Assembly (NCBI GenBank): GCA_030753015.1 | Contig: JASMDC010000018.1 | Span: 8,455-72,454 of the forward strand | From: Candidatus Undinarchaeales archaeon | Lineage (GTDB): Archaea; SpSt-1190; JASMDC01 | Direction of reading: 5' to 3' | Length of the DNA: 64,000 nucleotides | Notes under the pieces: generated by a model | Database searches by the model: none | What the model was told of the DNA's origin: nothing | The model's input: the letters and a program-made list of their open reading frames with translations, nothing else | Shown: piece by piece, positions 9,653 to 19,829 of the stretch | Position numbering within the stretch: the stretch's first letter is position 1 | Layout of the letters: every line of letters begins with the position of its first letter | Position numbers and translations under genes: made by a program

Positions 9653-10465
9653 TCACAGAACGAACATACCGGCCGCCCCGAGCACGGTAAGTGCGCCCAC
9701 TATCACGCAGAACCGGGCGAACGCGATCTTTCGTGCTACTCGCATGAGCGCACCGAGGCTCAATAGTCCGGTGACGAACGCGGTCACCATTGCCACGGTA
9801 TCGATGGCCATCCCGTGAGCACTGAGGAACACCTCGGCTCCCAGGACAGCGGGGATGCCTGCTAGGAAGGAGAGCTCAAGCGCTACAGGGGCGGGAAGCC
9901 CGCGCAGGAGGAGCACGGCCACGGTGATCCCTGACCTGCTGATGCCGGGGACGGCCGCCAGTCCCTGGCATGCACCGAGGAGCGCAGCATCACCCCATCC
10001 CAGGGTCGTGAGATCGCGATCACCGCCCTTTCCGCTATCCTCGTGGAGCATCCCCGTAAGGACGAGGGCAGCTCCCATGAGGAGCAGTAGTGTCGAACCG
10101 GGCAATATGGACGCTGCGCTCTTGACGGCAAGGTACACGGGGAGGCCCACGATCCCCGTGACCAGGGTAGCTCCTACAAGAGTAGAAATTACTGCGTCCT
10201 CCTCGGTACCGAAGGGCTCGGTACGGACGCGCCGGGCCCAACCGCTGATCCCATGAACGATGGCGACGAGCCGTGTTCGGAAGGCAACGATTGCGGCAAG
10301 AGCCGTGCCGAGATGGAGCGCAATGGCAAGGTCGACCGCCTCCCCGGGCGCAAGGTCCATGATGAATGAAGCGAGAATGGTGAGATATGCCTGGCTGCTC
10401 ACCGGCAACCACTCCAGCACGCCCTGGAGTGCCCCGAGGACCATCGAGGAGAAAGCGTCTCCCAT
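9653..10465 (-). CDS. uppP: undecaprenyl-diphosphate phosphatase (BacA family)
   Basis: QGVLEWLPVSS, LHLGT and PGISRSG motifs. Confidence 0.92.
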   Translation of the reverse strand: MGDAFSSMVLGALQGVLEWLPVSSQAYLTILASFIMDLAPGEAVDLAIALHLGTALAAIVAFRTRLVAIVHGISGWARRVRTEPFGTEEDAVISTLVGATLVTGIVGLPVYLAVKSAASILPGSTLLLLMGAALVLTGMLHEDSGKGGDRDLTTLGWGDAALLGACQGLAAVPGISRSGITVAVLLLRGLPAPVALELSFLAGIPAVLGAEVFLSAHGMAIDTVAMVTAFVTGLLSLGALMRVARKIAFARFCVIVGALTVLGAAGMFVL

Positions 10466-10578
10466 TGGGACGGGAACGACTCTCAACGGTTATAAAACCG
10501 GCGGTCGGTCGGGTGCCGCAGGATAACCTTTTTATTGCGGGGTAACCTTTTTATTATAACGCGTGAACGGTGGACACC

Positions 10579-12033
10579 ATGGATAGACGACTGATAGCTG
10601 TATTTACTCTCTTCCTGATAGCTGGACTTGCTATGGCAGCCCCTCGGGTCCCCACGGCCGATGGCAACATCGAAGGTATCACCATCAGCGGGAGTGTCAC
10701 AACCGATCCTGATCCGATCCCGACGATGGAGTTCGGGGCGGCGACGCACTCGCGGGATCCCTGTGATAAGCATACTGAGGGGGCGTGCACGGGAGACACC
10801 AATTGCAAGTGGAAAGCCGGGGAGACCACCCCTGAGGGGGATGTGCTCCCTGCCTCGTGCATTTCGGATGGGAGCGAAATGGGGGAAGGGCCAGCGACGG
10901 CTGGCGGATCCATGATCAAGGTCATGCTCAACGGTATCGCCGCAGATGCTGATGGCGAGGCCAACCTCTTCATCTCCGGATTCGGCCAGGCGACACTCCG
11001 CAGTGATTCGCACAGTACGATCCTGCTGCCCGCAGGAACGGACTCGGCGAACCTAGAGGTGGCGCACGAATCATTCCCTCAGGGCCAGGCCACCCTCACC
11101 GTGTGCATCAATAAGACGGCTTGCCCGGACTGGAGCGCCGAGTGCGCCGCCTGCAAGCACAAGCAGGTGACGATCGGCACTACTACCTACGATGACACTG
11201 GTAATGTCGTCGACATAGACAGCCAGCCGCCCATGATCTCCTTTGACGCGGGGCAATTCAATGCCGATCCTGACTGGAACATGAACCTCCTCGAGGACGT
11301 GACCGCGAACATCGTCGTGATCGAGTTGGACTCACCCTGGCAGATGAACTGCCGGTTCGTCGGGGTCGATGCGAACAATGCTCAGAACGACTCCATGTGC
11401 GCCCCTGGCGTGTTCGAGCCCAACGTTTGCGAGGGGCGGCAGGCCGCCACGCCCCCCGAGGGCGCGAAGGTGAAGATAACCATCGGGAAGGCGATGGCCC
11501 TCAACGGCTGGAAGGAAGGACGCTACGAGATCCATTGCCACGCTTGGGACTTCGCCGGTGGTGGAGACTCACAAGGGAACACCGGGACCGAGTGGGTCCA
11601 GGGGTTCCAGGTGGGGACCACCACACTTGTCACTCCGCCTCCACCCCCCGAGACCCCCCCTGATGTCCCACCCGAGGGTACTGTACCCCCTGAAGGTTCG
11701 GGAACTGCCGAGCCTCCCGCTCCGACCGACGCGGGAGGCCTCCCCATACCTACCGGGACACCCGGCCCCGGTGAACCTGAGCCAACCGCGACCGATAAAC
11801 CGATCCAGCCGGCCCCGGCCACCTGCGGCGACAACGTCTGCCAGCAGGACGAGAGCCAGGAGAACTGTTGCAATGACTGCGGTTGTCCCGTCGGATGGAG
11901 CTGTTCGGGTGGCGTGTGCGCCGAGTCCTCACCCCCCACACCCAAGCCGCCGGCCCCCAACACCGCCGTCGTCGCGGTCATTGCCATACTCGTGGTCGTT
12001 GGTGGCTTCTACGCCCTCGGGCTGAAGAAGTAG
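10579..12033 (+). CDS. secreted Cys-rich surface protein with Pro-rich linker and C-terminal anchor
   Basis: Signal peptide; CGDNVCQQDESQENCCNDCGCPVGWSCSGGVC module; TM followed by KK. Confidence 0.8.
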   Translation: MDRRLIAVFTLFLIAGLAMAAPRVPTADGNIEGITISGSVTTDPDPIPTMEFGAATHSRDPCDKHTEGACTGDTNCKWKAGETTPEGDVLPASCISDGSEMGEGPATAGGSMIKVMLNGIAADADGEANLFISGFGQATLRSDSHSTILLPAGTDSANLEVAHESFPQGQATLTVCINKTACPDWSAECAACKHKQVTIGTTTYDDTGNVVDIDSQPPMISFDAGQFNADPDWNMNLLEDVTANIVVIELDSPWQMNCRFVGVDANNAQNDSMCAPGVFEPNVCEGRQAATPPEGAKVKITIGKAMALNGWKEGRYEIHCHAWDFAGGGDSQGNTGTEWVQGFQVGTTTLVTPPPPPETPPDVPPEGTVPPEGSGTAEPPAPTDAGGLPIPTGTPGPGEPEPTATDKPIQPAPATCGDNVCQQDESQENCCNDCGCPVGWSCSGGVCAESSPPTPKPPAPNTAVVAVIAILVVVGGFYALGLKK

Positions 12034-12048
12034 GCGGGAACGGGCCCC

Positions 12049-13581
12049 GTGGCGTTCCTCTGGACAGGAGGGGCTGGTAGCGGCGGGTGCGCGGTGTGCC
12101 GGGCCTTGCGCCCGGCACTCCCGACCTATCCGGAAGATCCATCTATCGATGAGGTAGTGGCCCTTCTCGATAGTGTCCCTTTGAACGAGGAACTGGTGCT
12201 CGTCGGCGAGGAACCAACCCGAAGAGAGGACCTCGCTGATCTGGTGCGTACAGTTCGAAAGGAACGCCCTGGCGCGATCGTCCGCATCGTGACCGATGCT
12301 GCACGGTGTGCGGACCGCGCGTACGCGACCTCCTTATCGGAGGCGGGCGTTGACCGGTTCACCGTGCGCCTCTTCGGTCCTCGTCCCGCGGTCCACGATG
12401 CCGAGACAGGCACACACGGGAGCTTCGATGCCAGTGTGGCCGGGATACGCACGCTCGTCGCCCTTGGCCTCTGGGTCGAGGTCGAGGCCGTAGCGACACG
12501 ACGCGCCCTTCCCCATCTTACCGAGACAGCTCGGTTCATCGCCACATCGCTGCGTGGTGTTGCACAAGTTCTTGTACGCAATCCCCTGTGGGGCGACAAC
12601 GGACTGGTCCGAGGAACGTCCCACAAGGTGCATCCGCACGAAGCCTACCCACCGGTGGACATGGCGGCAGATATCATCGCTCACCACGATATCCCAGTGC
12701 GGCTAGAGGGCTTCCCCTTCATCGTGACCGGCGGGAAGGCGCCTTACCCGTTGACCGACAGCAAGCTCGCCGGTTGGCCCATAGGGCTCGCCCTGGAGGT
12801 GATCGCTATGGAAGAGGGGCTCAAGCCCGCAGCCCGGGTATCTCTTGATCTGGAACGTACCAAGACCCTAGCAGGCTTCTGTCGCGGCCGTGGGTTGACA
12901 TTGGAACAGGCGAGCTTCCGTCATCGTTTCGGTCCCAACGAGGCAGGCCTGCGCGAAGACTCGTCCGATCCCCGGGCGAGGCTCGTCTATTGCTATCTGG
13001 CGCCGGAGAAGGCCGCAGCGAAAGCGGTTCGGGACGCCGATGCAGCAGGTGATGATGATGCTCTGGGCGAAGCCCTCGGGTACCCGGCGTGCTGCCGCAG
13101 GTTCTACGCCCGGAACGTCACCGCAGGACATCACCCCGACCTGGCCATGGCCGCATACAACGAGGGACCAGCGGACACATATCCTTTCGAGCTGAACACC
13201 CTGTCCACATACATAACAGGCCTGGTGTTCCACCAGCCACATACCTATACCTGTGCCCCGAGCCTCCGGATGGCGCGTGATCTGATGGCCGCTCTTCGTC
13301 GAAGTGAGCCTCTCCTGGCTACCGCCGTGGAGCACGCCCTACGATGCCATGTAGTGTACGCGTCCCCGGCCAGCCGCATCTCCCTGTGGGGCCGCCGTAA
13401 GGGTGGTCGCATAGAGGTCGAGAACCTCATCCCATTCGGCGACGCTATCCGTCCGGACCTTGCGAAAGTGGATACTGTGGAGCTGGTAGAAGATGCCGTC
13501 ATGCTCCGTGCAGGGGAGAGGGTGATCGCTAGGATAACTGCTCCTGGTGGGGTGCGGCCTCTGCTCGCTACCTTTGAATAA
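12049..13581 (+). CDS. degenerate radical-SAM-like domain fused to DUF483-like domain
   Basis: TGGAGSGGCAVC (first Cys of CxxxCxxC missing), LVGEEPT, VHDAETGTHGSF; C-terminal GEALGYPACC. Confidence 0.65.
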   Translation: MAFLWTGGAGSGGCAVCRALRPALPTYPEDPSIDEVVALLDSVPLNEELVLVGEEPTRREDLADLVRTVRKERPGAIVRIVTDAARCADRAYATSLSEAGVDRFTVRLFGPRPAVHDAETGTHGSFDASVAGIRTLVALGLWVEVEAVATRRALPHLTETARFIATSLRGVAQVLVRNPLWGDNGLVRGTSHKVHPHEAYPPVDMAADIIAHHDIPVRLEGFPFIVTGGKAPYPLTDSKLAGWPIGLALEVIAMEEGLKPAARVSLDLERTKTLAGFCRGRGLTLEQASFRHRFGPNEAGLREDSSDPRARLVYCYLAPEKAAAKAVRDADAAGDDDALGEALGYPACCRRFYARNVTAGHHPDLAMAAYNEGPADTYPFELNTLSTYITGLVFHQPHTYTCAPSLRMARDLMAALRRSEPLLATAVEHALRCHVVYASPASRISLWGRRKGGRIEVENLIPFGDAIRPDLAKVDTVELVEDAVMLRAGERVIARITAPGGVRPLLATFE

Positions 13582-13591
13582 GGAGGATCTC

Positions 13592-15532
13592 ATGAGCGAC
13601 GCGCCATCTGAGGACGGTCGCGTGTTCCGCGGTACCGTCGCTGAGCTCGCTGATGCTATCGCCGATATGGTGGACGTCGGTGTGCCCGTTCAGTTATCCC
13701 TCGAGGTCCCTCCGGCGGACCGGACCCCTGCTCTGGGGCGCCGCCTACGGGACGCTCTCACAGCGTTGCGCGAGGGCGGGATCTCCGTCCAGATGCGTAC
13801 GCCTCTCCCCCTCTGCCTTCTCGGTGCCGGGGACCCGGCCTGGGGTATCGATGTGCCCACGTCATGTGATGGGTGCAAGGACGCCTGGACAGTTGAGTAC
13901 GGACGCGTGGTGCTATGTCGAGTCGCCGATAGGTGGTGCGGTCCTCCGCGCGCCTCCTTCCCGAGCGCTACTGCAGTGGCCGATTACGCTCGCCTCTATC
14001 GCGAGGCCGCACCTGTTCCCGACGGGTGTCGGACCTGCCGTCACTGGGCACGCGGGACCTGCCACTGGGGCTGCCGGGCGTCACCCCGCTCGTTCGCACC
14101 TGTCCGGCGGGCCGCAGGCAAGCGGATCACCCTGGTGTGGCCTCCCACCGTGGACGGTACCGCACCGCGCCCCTCGCTCAACCTCGCTTACCTGACCGCG
14201 GCACTGGAGCATGCCGATCCGTCCCTTGAGGTGTCCTGCATCGATACCAACCTCGTGCTTGACCTCGATAACGTCATCACCGTACCACTCGCCGAGGCCC
14301 GGCGACACCTTTCACACACTCTCTCGCTCATCGAGCGGACCCGGCCCGACATACTGGCCGTTGGTGCATGGACCTCCAATCTCCCGTTCGCTCTGGAGCT
14401 GGTCCGTGCCTTCAGACCGCGCCATCCCGACGTGCCCGTTGTGATGGGCGGCTATCCCGCCACCGAGGGGCCGGTCGAGCTCCTCTCCATCTTGTCGGAG
14501 GTCGACGTGCTCGTGCGTGGCGAAGGCGAGGCCACCCTCCCTGGTCTCGTGGCCCGGTTAATCACGGGACGGCCCATCGACGACGTGCAGGGGCTGTCCT
14601 ACCGCAGCGGGTCCAAGGTCGTACACACGCCGCCGGCGGTACCCCTCAAGGACCTGGACGCGTTACCCTTCCCCTCCTACGAGCGGTTCGTGGGTGCCCG
14701 GCCCGGTCGCGCGGTGACCGTGAGCACAAGCCGCGGTTGCCCATTCTCTTGCACCTACTGCTCCAACGAGAAGATGTACCAGGCCATGCGCCAGAACTCG
14801 CCTGAGTACGTCGTCCGTGAACTTGCCGACCTCCACAAGCGGTGGGGCGTGACGCGCATCGAGTTCTCCGACAACCTCTTCACGGCAGATCCACACTGGG
14901 TCGCCCGGTTCTGCGAGGTCCTCGATGAGAAGGGTTCGGACCTCGTGTGGACGTGCTCGTCACGTGTGGACACGCTGACCACTGACCTCATAGACCGGAT
15001 GCGCGCGGTCGGCCTGGAGAGCATCTATCTGGGCCTGGAGAGCGTGGTCCCGGACAGCCTGCGGTTCATGGGCAAGACCGGAGATCCCACTAAGTACGTT
15101 GAGCGGGCCCGGCGGCTCATAGCCCATGCCGCGTCCTCCAGTGTCGGGATGAGCGTCGGGGGCATCGTAGCCCTCCCGCACGAGGACCGCGCGGATATGC
15201 AGGCCACCGTGTCGTTCCTCGAAGAGATGGTCACGACCAATGCGCCGTACGTGAAGCCCAACCTGTTCTCTCTCATCCCCTTCCCGGGAAGTCCCCTCTG
15301 GGACGCTGTCCAGCGGGGCGATCACGCTCTGCTCCCGGTGAGGAACCCTGCCTTCTCAATCTGGAACGGCGGGCTGTTCCGTGAGCTCTACTGGCACCTA
15401 CCGTGGGTGGTTCCGGGAGCGTTCGAGTTCGCCAACGACCATCTCGAGCAGAACGAGGTGGAGCGGTTCGTCATCGAGGCTCGTGCAAGGTTGCAGGAGC
15501 TTGCACCAGAAGGATTCGAGGCGAAGTTCTGA
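13592..15532 (+). CDS. cobalamin-binding radical SAM protein with N-terminal Cys-rich (SPASM-like) region
   Basis: VVMGGYPAT and VRGEGE B12-domain motifs; TSRGCPFSCTYC; AGGAGG RBS. Confidence 0.88.
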   Translation: MSDAPSEDGRVFRGTVAELADAIADMVDVGVPVQLSLEVPPADRTPALGRRLRDALTALREGGISVQMRTPLPLCLLGAGDPAWGIDVPTSCDGCKDAWTVEYGRVVLCRVADRWCGPPRASFPSATAVADYARLYREAAPVPDGCRTCRHWARGTCHWGCRASPRSFAPVRRAAGKRITLVWPPTVDGTAPRPSLNLAYLTAALEHADPSLEVSCIDTNLVLDLDNVITVPLAEARRHLSHTLSLIERTRPDILAVGAWTSNLPFALELVRAFRPRHPDVPVVMGGYPATEGPVELLSILSEVDVLVRGEGEATLPGLVARLITGRPIDDVQGLSYRSGSKVVHTPPAVPLKDLDALPFPSYERFVGARPGRAVTVSTSRGCPFSCTYCSNEKMYQAMRQNSPEYVVRELADLHKRWGVTRIEFSDNLFTADPHWVARFCEVLDEKGSDLVWTCSSRVDTLTTDLIDRMRAVGLESIYLGLESVVPDSLRFMGKTGDPTKYVERARRLIAHAASSSVGMSVGGIVALPHEDRADMQATVSFLEEMVTTNAPYVKPNLFSLIPFPGSPLWDAVQRGDHALLPVRNPAFSIWNGGLFRELYWHLPWVVPGAFEFANDHLEQNEVERFVIEARARLQELAPEGFEAKF

Positions 15533-15533
15533 A

Positions 15534-15550
15534 GCGACGTATCACGTCGC
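15534..15550. terminator. hairpin immediately after the radical SAM operon
   Basis: gcgacgt-atc-acgtcgc perfect 7-bp stem. Confidence 0.35.
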
Positions 15551-15738
15551 CTCGTCCACCGCTCTGCTATAGATATCCTTCAGGGTATGGTGAGTAACGT
15601 CGATGGCCTTGGCCATTTCCTTGTCATCGATCCCTTCGGGCCGCAATAAGGATCCATAACTTGGGACGTCCTCCGCTCGCCGGGACCATAACCTTTATAG
15701 GCAGCCTGTCGAGCATGGTATGTCATAAGGGGATAAGT

Positions 15739-18105
15739 ATGGCAGGGGTTGCCACGAATCATAGCCAGAGCGAGGACGCTGGCGGTCAGACCGCTCACGG
15801 TGTGGGTGCCGTCGGAGGGTACGACCTGGACGGTGACTCCTACGTGTTCCACGGATCGGAGGCCGACGTCCGTATCGAGTTCCTCGCCGCCGATGTGGTG
15901 AACGTCCGGCTGGACCCTGACGGCGCCGCTCGCAAGGACTCCCCAGCCATCTTCACCCGCGATCTTGGGGGGTCCGATGTGACCGTCGAGGACCGCTCCG
16001 ATTCCTACCTTCTCACCTCCGACGAGCTCCACGTGTATGTCGATAAGACATCCGGGAGAGTGACCTTCGCCGATACCGATGACACCGTCATCACACGCGA
16101 CACCGACCAGGGCATGACCTGGGACGACGATGGCCGGATCAGGATGGAGCGTGAGGTCGCCGGGGACGAATCCTTCTACGGACTGGGAGAGAAGACGGGA
16201 GCCCTGGACAAGCGTGGCGAGCACCTCACACAGTGGACCTGGGATGCCAACGGCGACCACGCCGGTGGAACCGACGAGATGTACCAGGCGCACCCGTTCT
16301 ATATCGGGCTGCACGACGATGCTGCCTACGGGCTGTTCCTTGACAACACCTTCCGCACTACTTTCGCCATGGCCGAGAACGGGGCCGACAAGGCCACTGT
16401 GACGGCGGATGGAGGCCAGCTCAACTACTACTTCCTCAAGGGCCCCGCCATGCGCCACGTGGTGGAGCGCTTCACCGAGCTCACCGGCAGGATGCCGCTA
16501 CCTCCGCGATGGTCGCTGGGCAACCACCAGTGCAAATGGAGCTACTTCCCAGAGACCACGGTGCGCGAGATCGCGGACGGCTTCCGCCAGCGGGACATCC
16601 CCCTGGATGCCATCTGGCTCGACATCGACTACATGGACCAGTACCGAGTGTTCACCTGGGATCCGCAGCGGTTCCCGGACCCGGAGACAATGATCAAGGA
16701 CCTGAAGGACCAGGGGATCCGCACGGTCACCATCATCGACCCCGGGGTGGACGACGGGGCCAACTACGATGTGTACGCCGAAGGGATGAAGGAGGGCTAC
16801 TTCATCACCGACGAGAACGGAGAGGTGTTCCACGCCCCGGTATGGCCCAAATCCGCCGCCTTCCCGGACTTCACCCGGGAGGAGGTCAGGCAGTGGTGGG
16901 GTGACCTGTACGGCCGGCTCACCGATGCCGGGATAGCCGGTGTCTGGAACGACATGAACGAGCCCGCTATCATCGACACGTACAAGACCATGCCCGACGA
17001 CATGGAGCACCACGGCGACCTGGGTGACGTCAAGCACAATGAGGCCCACAACGTGTACGGTATGTACGAGGACATGGCCACCTATGAGGGCATGCTACGT
17101 GCCAACCCGGACGAGCGTCCCTTCGTGCTCACGCGCTCTGGCTTCTCCGGCATCCAGCGGTACGCGGCCGTGTGGACCGGCGACAACCGGAGTAAGTGGG
17201 AGCATCTGGACATGGGCATGCCCATGATGGAGAACATGGGTCTTTCGGGGATGGCGTTCATTGGCACCGACATAGGCGGGTTCGGTGCAGACTGCACACC
17301 CGAGCTCTACGCCCGCTGGCTCCAGTTCGGTGCGTTCTCGCCCTTCTGTCGCACCCACTCCTCCCGCCACACCCGTGAGCAGGAGCCCTGGACCTTCGGC
17401 CAGGAGACCGAGGACATCGCCCGGGACTACCTCACCCTCCGTTACCGCCTAATGCCCTACACCTACGATGCCTTCCGTCAGGCGTCCGAGACCGGCATCC
17501 CAGTGATGAGGCCACTGGTGCTCGACCACCAGAACGACCCGAACGTGCGCAACCTCTCGAACGAGTTCATGTATGGGGATGTCCTCCTGGTCGCTCCCGT
17601 GACCGAGGAAGGGGCGCGGGAACGCGATGTCTACCTTCCCGAAGGCCGATGGGTCGACTACTGGACCGGCGAGATCCACGATGGCCGCCAGACCGTCGTC
17701 AGGGACGCTCCCGTGGACACCATGCCCCTGTACGTGAAGCAGGGTTCGATCGTGCCCATGGGGCCGGCCATGCAGTACACCGACGAGAAACCGACGGAGG
17801 AGCTGGAGCTCCACGTGTACGCGGACGACCGCGCCGAGGGCAGGTTCTACGAGGACGACGGACACTCCTTCGGATTCAAGCAGGGCGAATACAACCTCAC
17901 CGAGTTCGCCTACCGTAACGACACCGGCACCGCCGCCATCACCGTGGACCGGGTCCATGAGGGCTACGCCACCGAGGTAGGGACCTACAAGTTAGTCATC
18001 CACTCGGAGCGCGATGTGACGGGGGCGACAGTGAACGGCCAAGACACCGCAGTGGCGCGAGATGGCGATGCGTACGTCGTCGAGGTGGACGCGGGAGCGA
18101 TATAG
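15739..18105 (+). CDS. glycoside hydrolase family 31 alpha-glucosidase
   Basis: WLDIDYM, catalytic WNDMNEP, WTGDN, DIGGF and YEDDG motifs. Confidence 0.95.
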   Translation: MAGVATNHSQSEDAGGQTAHGVGAVGGYDLDGDSYVFHGSEADVRIEFLAADVVNVRLDPDGAARKDSPAIFTRDLGGSDVTVEDRSDSYLLTSDELHVYVDKTSGRVTFADTDDTVITRDTDQGMTWDDDGRIRMEREVAGDESFYGLGEKTGALDKRGEHLTQWTWDANGDHAGGTDEMYQAHPFYIGLHDDAAYGLFLDNTFRTTFAMAENGADKATVTADGGQLNYYFLKGPAMRHVVERFTELTGRMPLPPRWSLGNHQCKWSYFPETTVREIADGFRQRDIPLDAIWLDIDYMDQYRVFTWDPQRFPDPETMIKDLKDQGIRTVTIIDPGVDDGANYDVYAEGMKEGYFITDENGEVFHAPVWPKSAAFPDFTREEVRQWWGDLYGRLTDAGIAGVWNDMNEPAIIDTYKTMPDDMEHHGDLGDVKHNEAHNVYGMYEDMATYEGMLRANPDERPFVLTRSGFSGIQRYAAVWTGDNRSKWEHLDMGMPMMENMGLSGMAFIGTDIGGFGADCTPELYARWLQFGAFSPFCRTHSSRHTREQEPWTFGQETEDIARDYLTLRYRLMPYTYDAFRQASETGIPVMRPLVLDHQNDPNVRNLSNEFMYGDVLLVAPVTEEGARERDVYLPEGRWVDYWTGEIHDGRQTVVRDAPVDTMPLYVKQGSIVPMGPAMQYTDEKPTEELELHVYADDRAEGRFYEDDGHSFGFKQGEYNLTEFAYRNDTGTAAITVDRVHEGYATEVGTYKLVIHSERDVTGATVNGQDTAVARDGDAYVVEVDAGAI

Positions 18106-18194
18106 GCCCACGTGCCCACCATGCGGTCCATGACATGAGGCAGTTCACCACCCCAAACGAATCCTTATAACGCCCCCACGCCTTCCAGTCGTCC

Positions 18195-19385
18195 ATGCCC
18201 CTTCCCGTGGTCCTGAGCCTGGCGCTGTCCTTCGCCGTGCTCTTCGCTGTGGCGCGATGGAGCCTCCCGGGCGCTCTCACGGCAGGGGCGCTGTCCTTGG
18301 GGTTCCTGACCCTCCCGCCCGCCACGGTGGTGTGGGTGGCAGGGGCCACCCTGGGCGATCCGTCGGTGCTGGCCCTCGCCCTGGCGGTCGCGGTCATTCC
18401 CCTAATCGGCGGTGTGATGGAGGAGGGTGGGCTCATGGACCGGCTCGTCGCGAGCCTCCGGATGGGCCGCCGGCCCTTCCTTGCTGTCGCGCCGGCCATG
18501 GTTGGGATGCTCCCCATGCCCGGTGGTGCACTGCTCTCGGCGCCCCTCGTGGAACGGCGCGGGGCGGACCTCCCCGGTGAGTTGAAGGCGGCCATCAACG
18601 TCTGGTACCGGCACCTCATGCTTCTGATCTATCCTCTCAGCCCCTCGCTCATCGCTTCGGCCCAGATGGCCGGTCTCGGTGTGTACGAGATCATCCCCTG
18701 GCAGGTGCCCGGGTTCCTGTTCTGTGGCCTGCTGGGCTATGTCTTCCTGTTACGACGTGTACCGGCCGATGGTCCGGGGATAGGCGATCCGAGGACCGGT
18801 AACGTGCCCCTGACCGTCCTGTTCTCGGCACCGGCCGTCGACCTGCTCCTACAGCGCGCGGGCCTGCTCCCGTTCCCGACACTTGGTGCGCTGGCGGGTG
18901 TCACCGTGGGACTGGTCCTTGCCTATGCGCATTCGGGACCCAAGGGACGCGACCTCGGGACCATCGCCCGTAAGATGCGTCCATGGAGCTTCGGCGCCAT
19001 CGTCTTGGGGATGTTCCTGTTCCTGGAGATGTTCACGGCCTCGCCCGCGCCGTCGTTCATCGCAGATGTGGCACCATCTCAGTGGGCGCTCCTGGTGCCA
19101 GTGGGCTTCATCCTGGGTGCGGCAACGGGGCGCATACAGCTCCCTGCCTCGATCCTCATTCCCATCCACCTGGCCATGGTGGGCGCAACGACAATGCAGC
19201 CGATACCCTTCGCTGTGATGTACCTGGCAGTCTTCCTGGGCTACATGGTATCCCCTATCCACCCCTGCTTGGTCGTGTGCCTCGAGTACTTCAGGACGGA
19301 CCTGCGAGGATTCGCCAGAGCCGTGGTTGGTCCGGTGACGCTGGCCTTCCTGGCCGCGGGACTGGTGGGCCTAATGGTCCTCTAG
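18195..19385 (+). CDS. DUF401 family membrane protein
   Basis: GMLPMPGGALLSAP, NVWYRH and SPIHPCL motifs; multi-TM. Confidence 0.85.
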   Translation: MPLPVVLSLALSFAVLFAVARWSLPGALTAGALSLGFLTLPPATVVWVAGATLGDPSVLALALAVAVIPLIGGVMEEGGLMDRLVASLRMGRRPFLAVAPAMVGMLPMPGGALLSAPLVERRGADLPGELKAAINVWYRHLMLLIYPLSPSLIASAQMAGLGVYEIIPWQVPGFLFCGLLGYVFLLRRVPADGPGIGDPRTGNVPLTVLFSAPAVDLLLQRAGLLPFPTLGALAGVTVGLVLAYAHSGPKGRDLGTIARKMRPWSFGAIVLGMFLFLEMFTASPAPSFIADVAPSQWALLVPVGFILGAATGRIQLPASILIPIHLAMVGATTMQPIPFAVMYLAVFLGYMVSPIHPCLVVCLEYFRTDLRGFARAVVGPVTLAFLAAGLVGLMVL

Positions 19386-19410
19386 GCCGCGACCGGTTGG
19401 AGGATCGAGT

Positions 19411-19702
19411 GAAGTGAGCGGTCGTCTGATAAATAGGGAGGATCATCATGGATGGGTCGCCTCCCCTCGGTTCACTTCTTTTTCGAGGTGCAATGTAGGA
19501 ACTCCCTTCTGTTGTCATGGGCAGGCCTCAGAGAGGGGAACGATAAGGGATGGCCCGGGGAGGGCCGTGGTGGCATCAGCACCCCCCCGGGTCGATTGGG
19601 TGATCCTCTATTCTCACATGGCCTCATGTCGTCGATACAGGATCGGTACAATCCTAGTGGTTATCGCCCGTCCCGGCTCCGGTGTGCCGGTTGGACGGGG
19701 CG
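19411..19702. ncRNA. candidate structured non-coding RNA (unassigned)
   Basis: About 7 consecutive hairpins, no credible ORF, TATA-like cttattaag at 19718-19726. Confidence 0.35.
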
Positions 19703-19754
19703 TGGCCCGTGGTCTCGCTTATTAAGTAGCTTGTGCTTCCGGATATTAATAGAA

Positions 19755-19784
19755 ATGGAACAGAATATGGTACGATGTGGAACA
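19755..19784 (+). repeat. triple RTGGWACR repeat (12/10 spacing) upstream of the kinase
   Basis: ATGGAACA-gaat-ATGGTACG-at-GTGGAACA. Confidence 0.6.
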
Positions 19785-19829
19785 TCCAGCAGCTCTTGAA
19801 GGGCGGCCGTCCTTTGGACAGACAGATAA

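Noticed and set aside
19480-19720. AACAGAAGGG on the minus strand resembling an RNase P RNA 3' motif
   Set aside because: The matching 5' GAGGAAAGUCC-type P4 strand was not found
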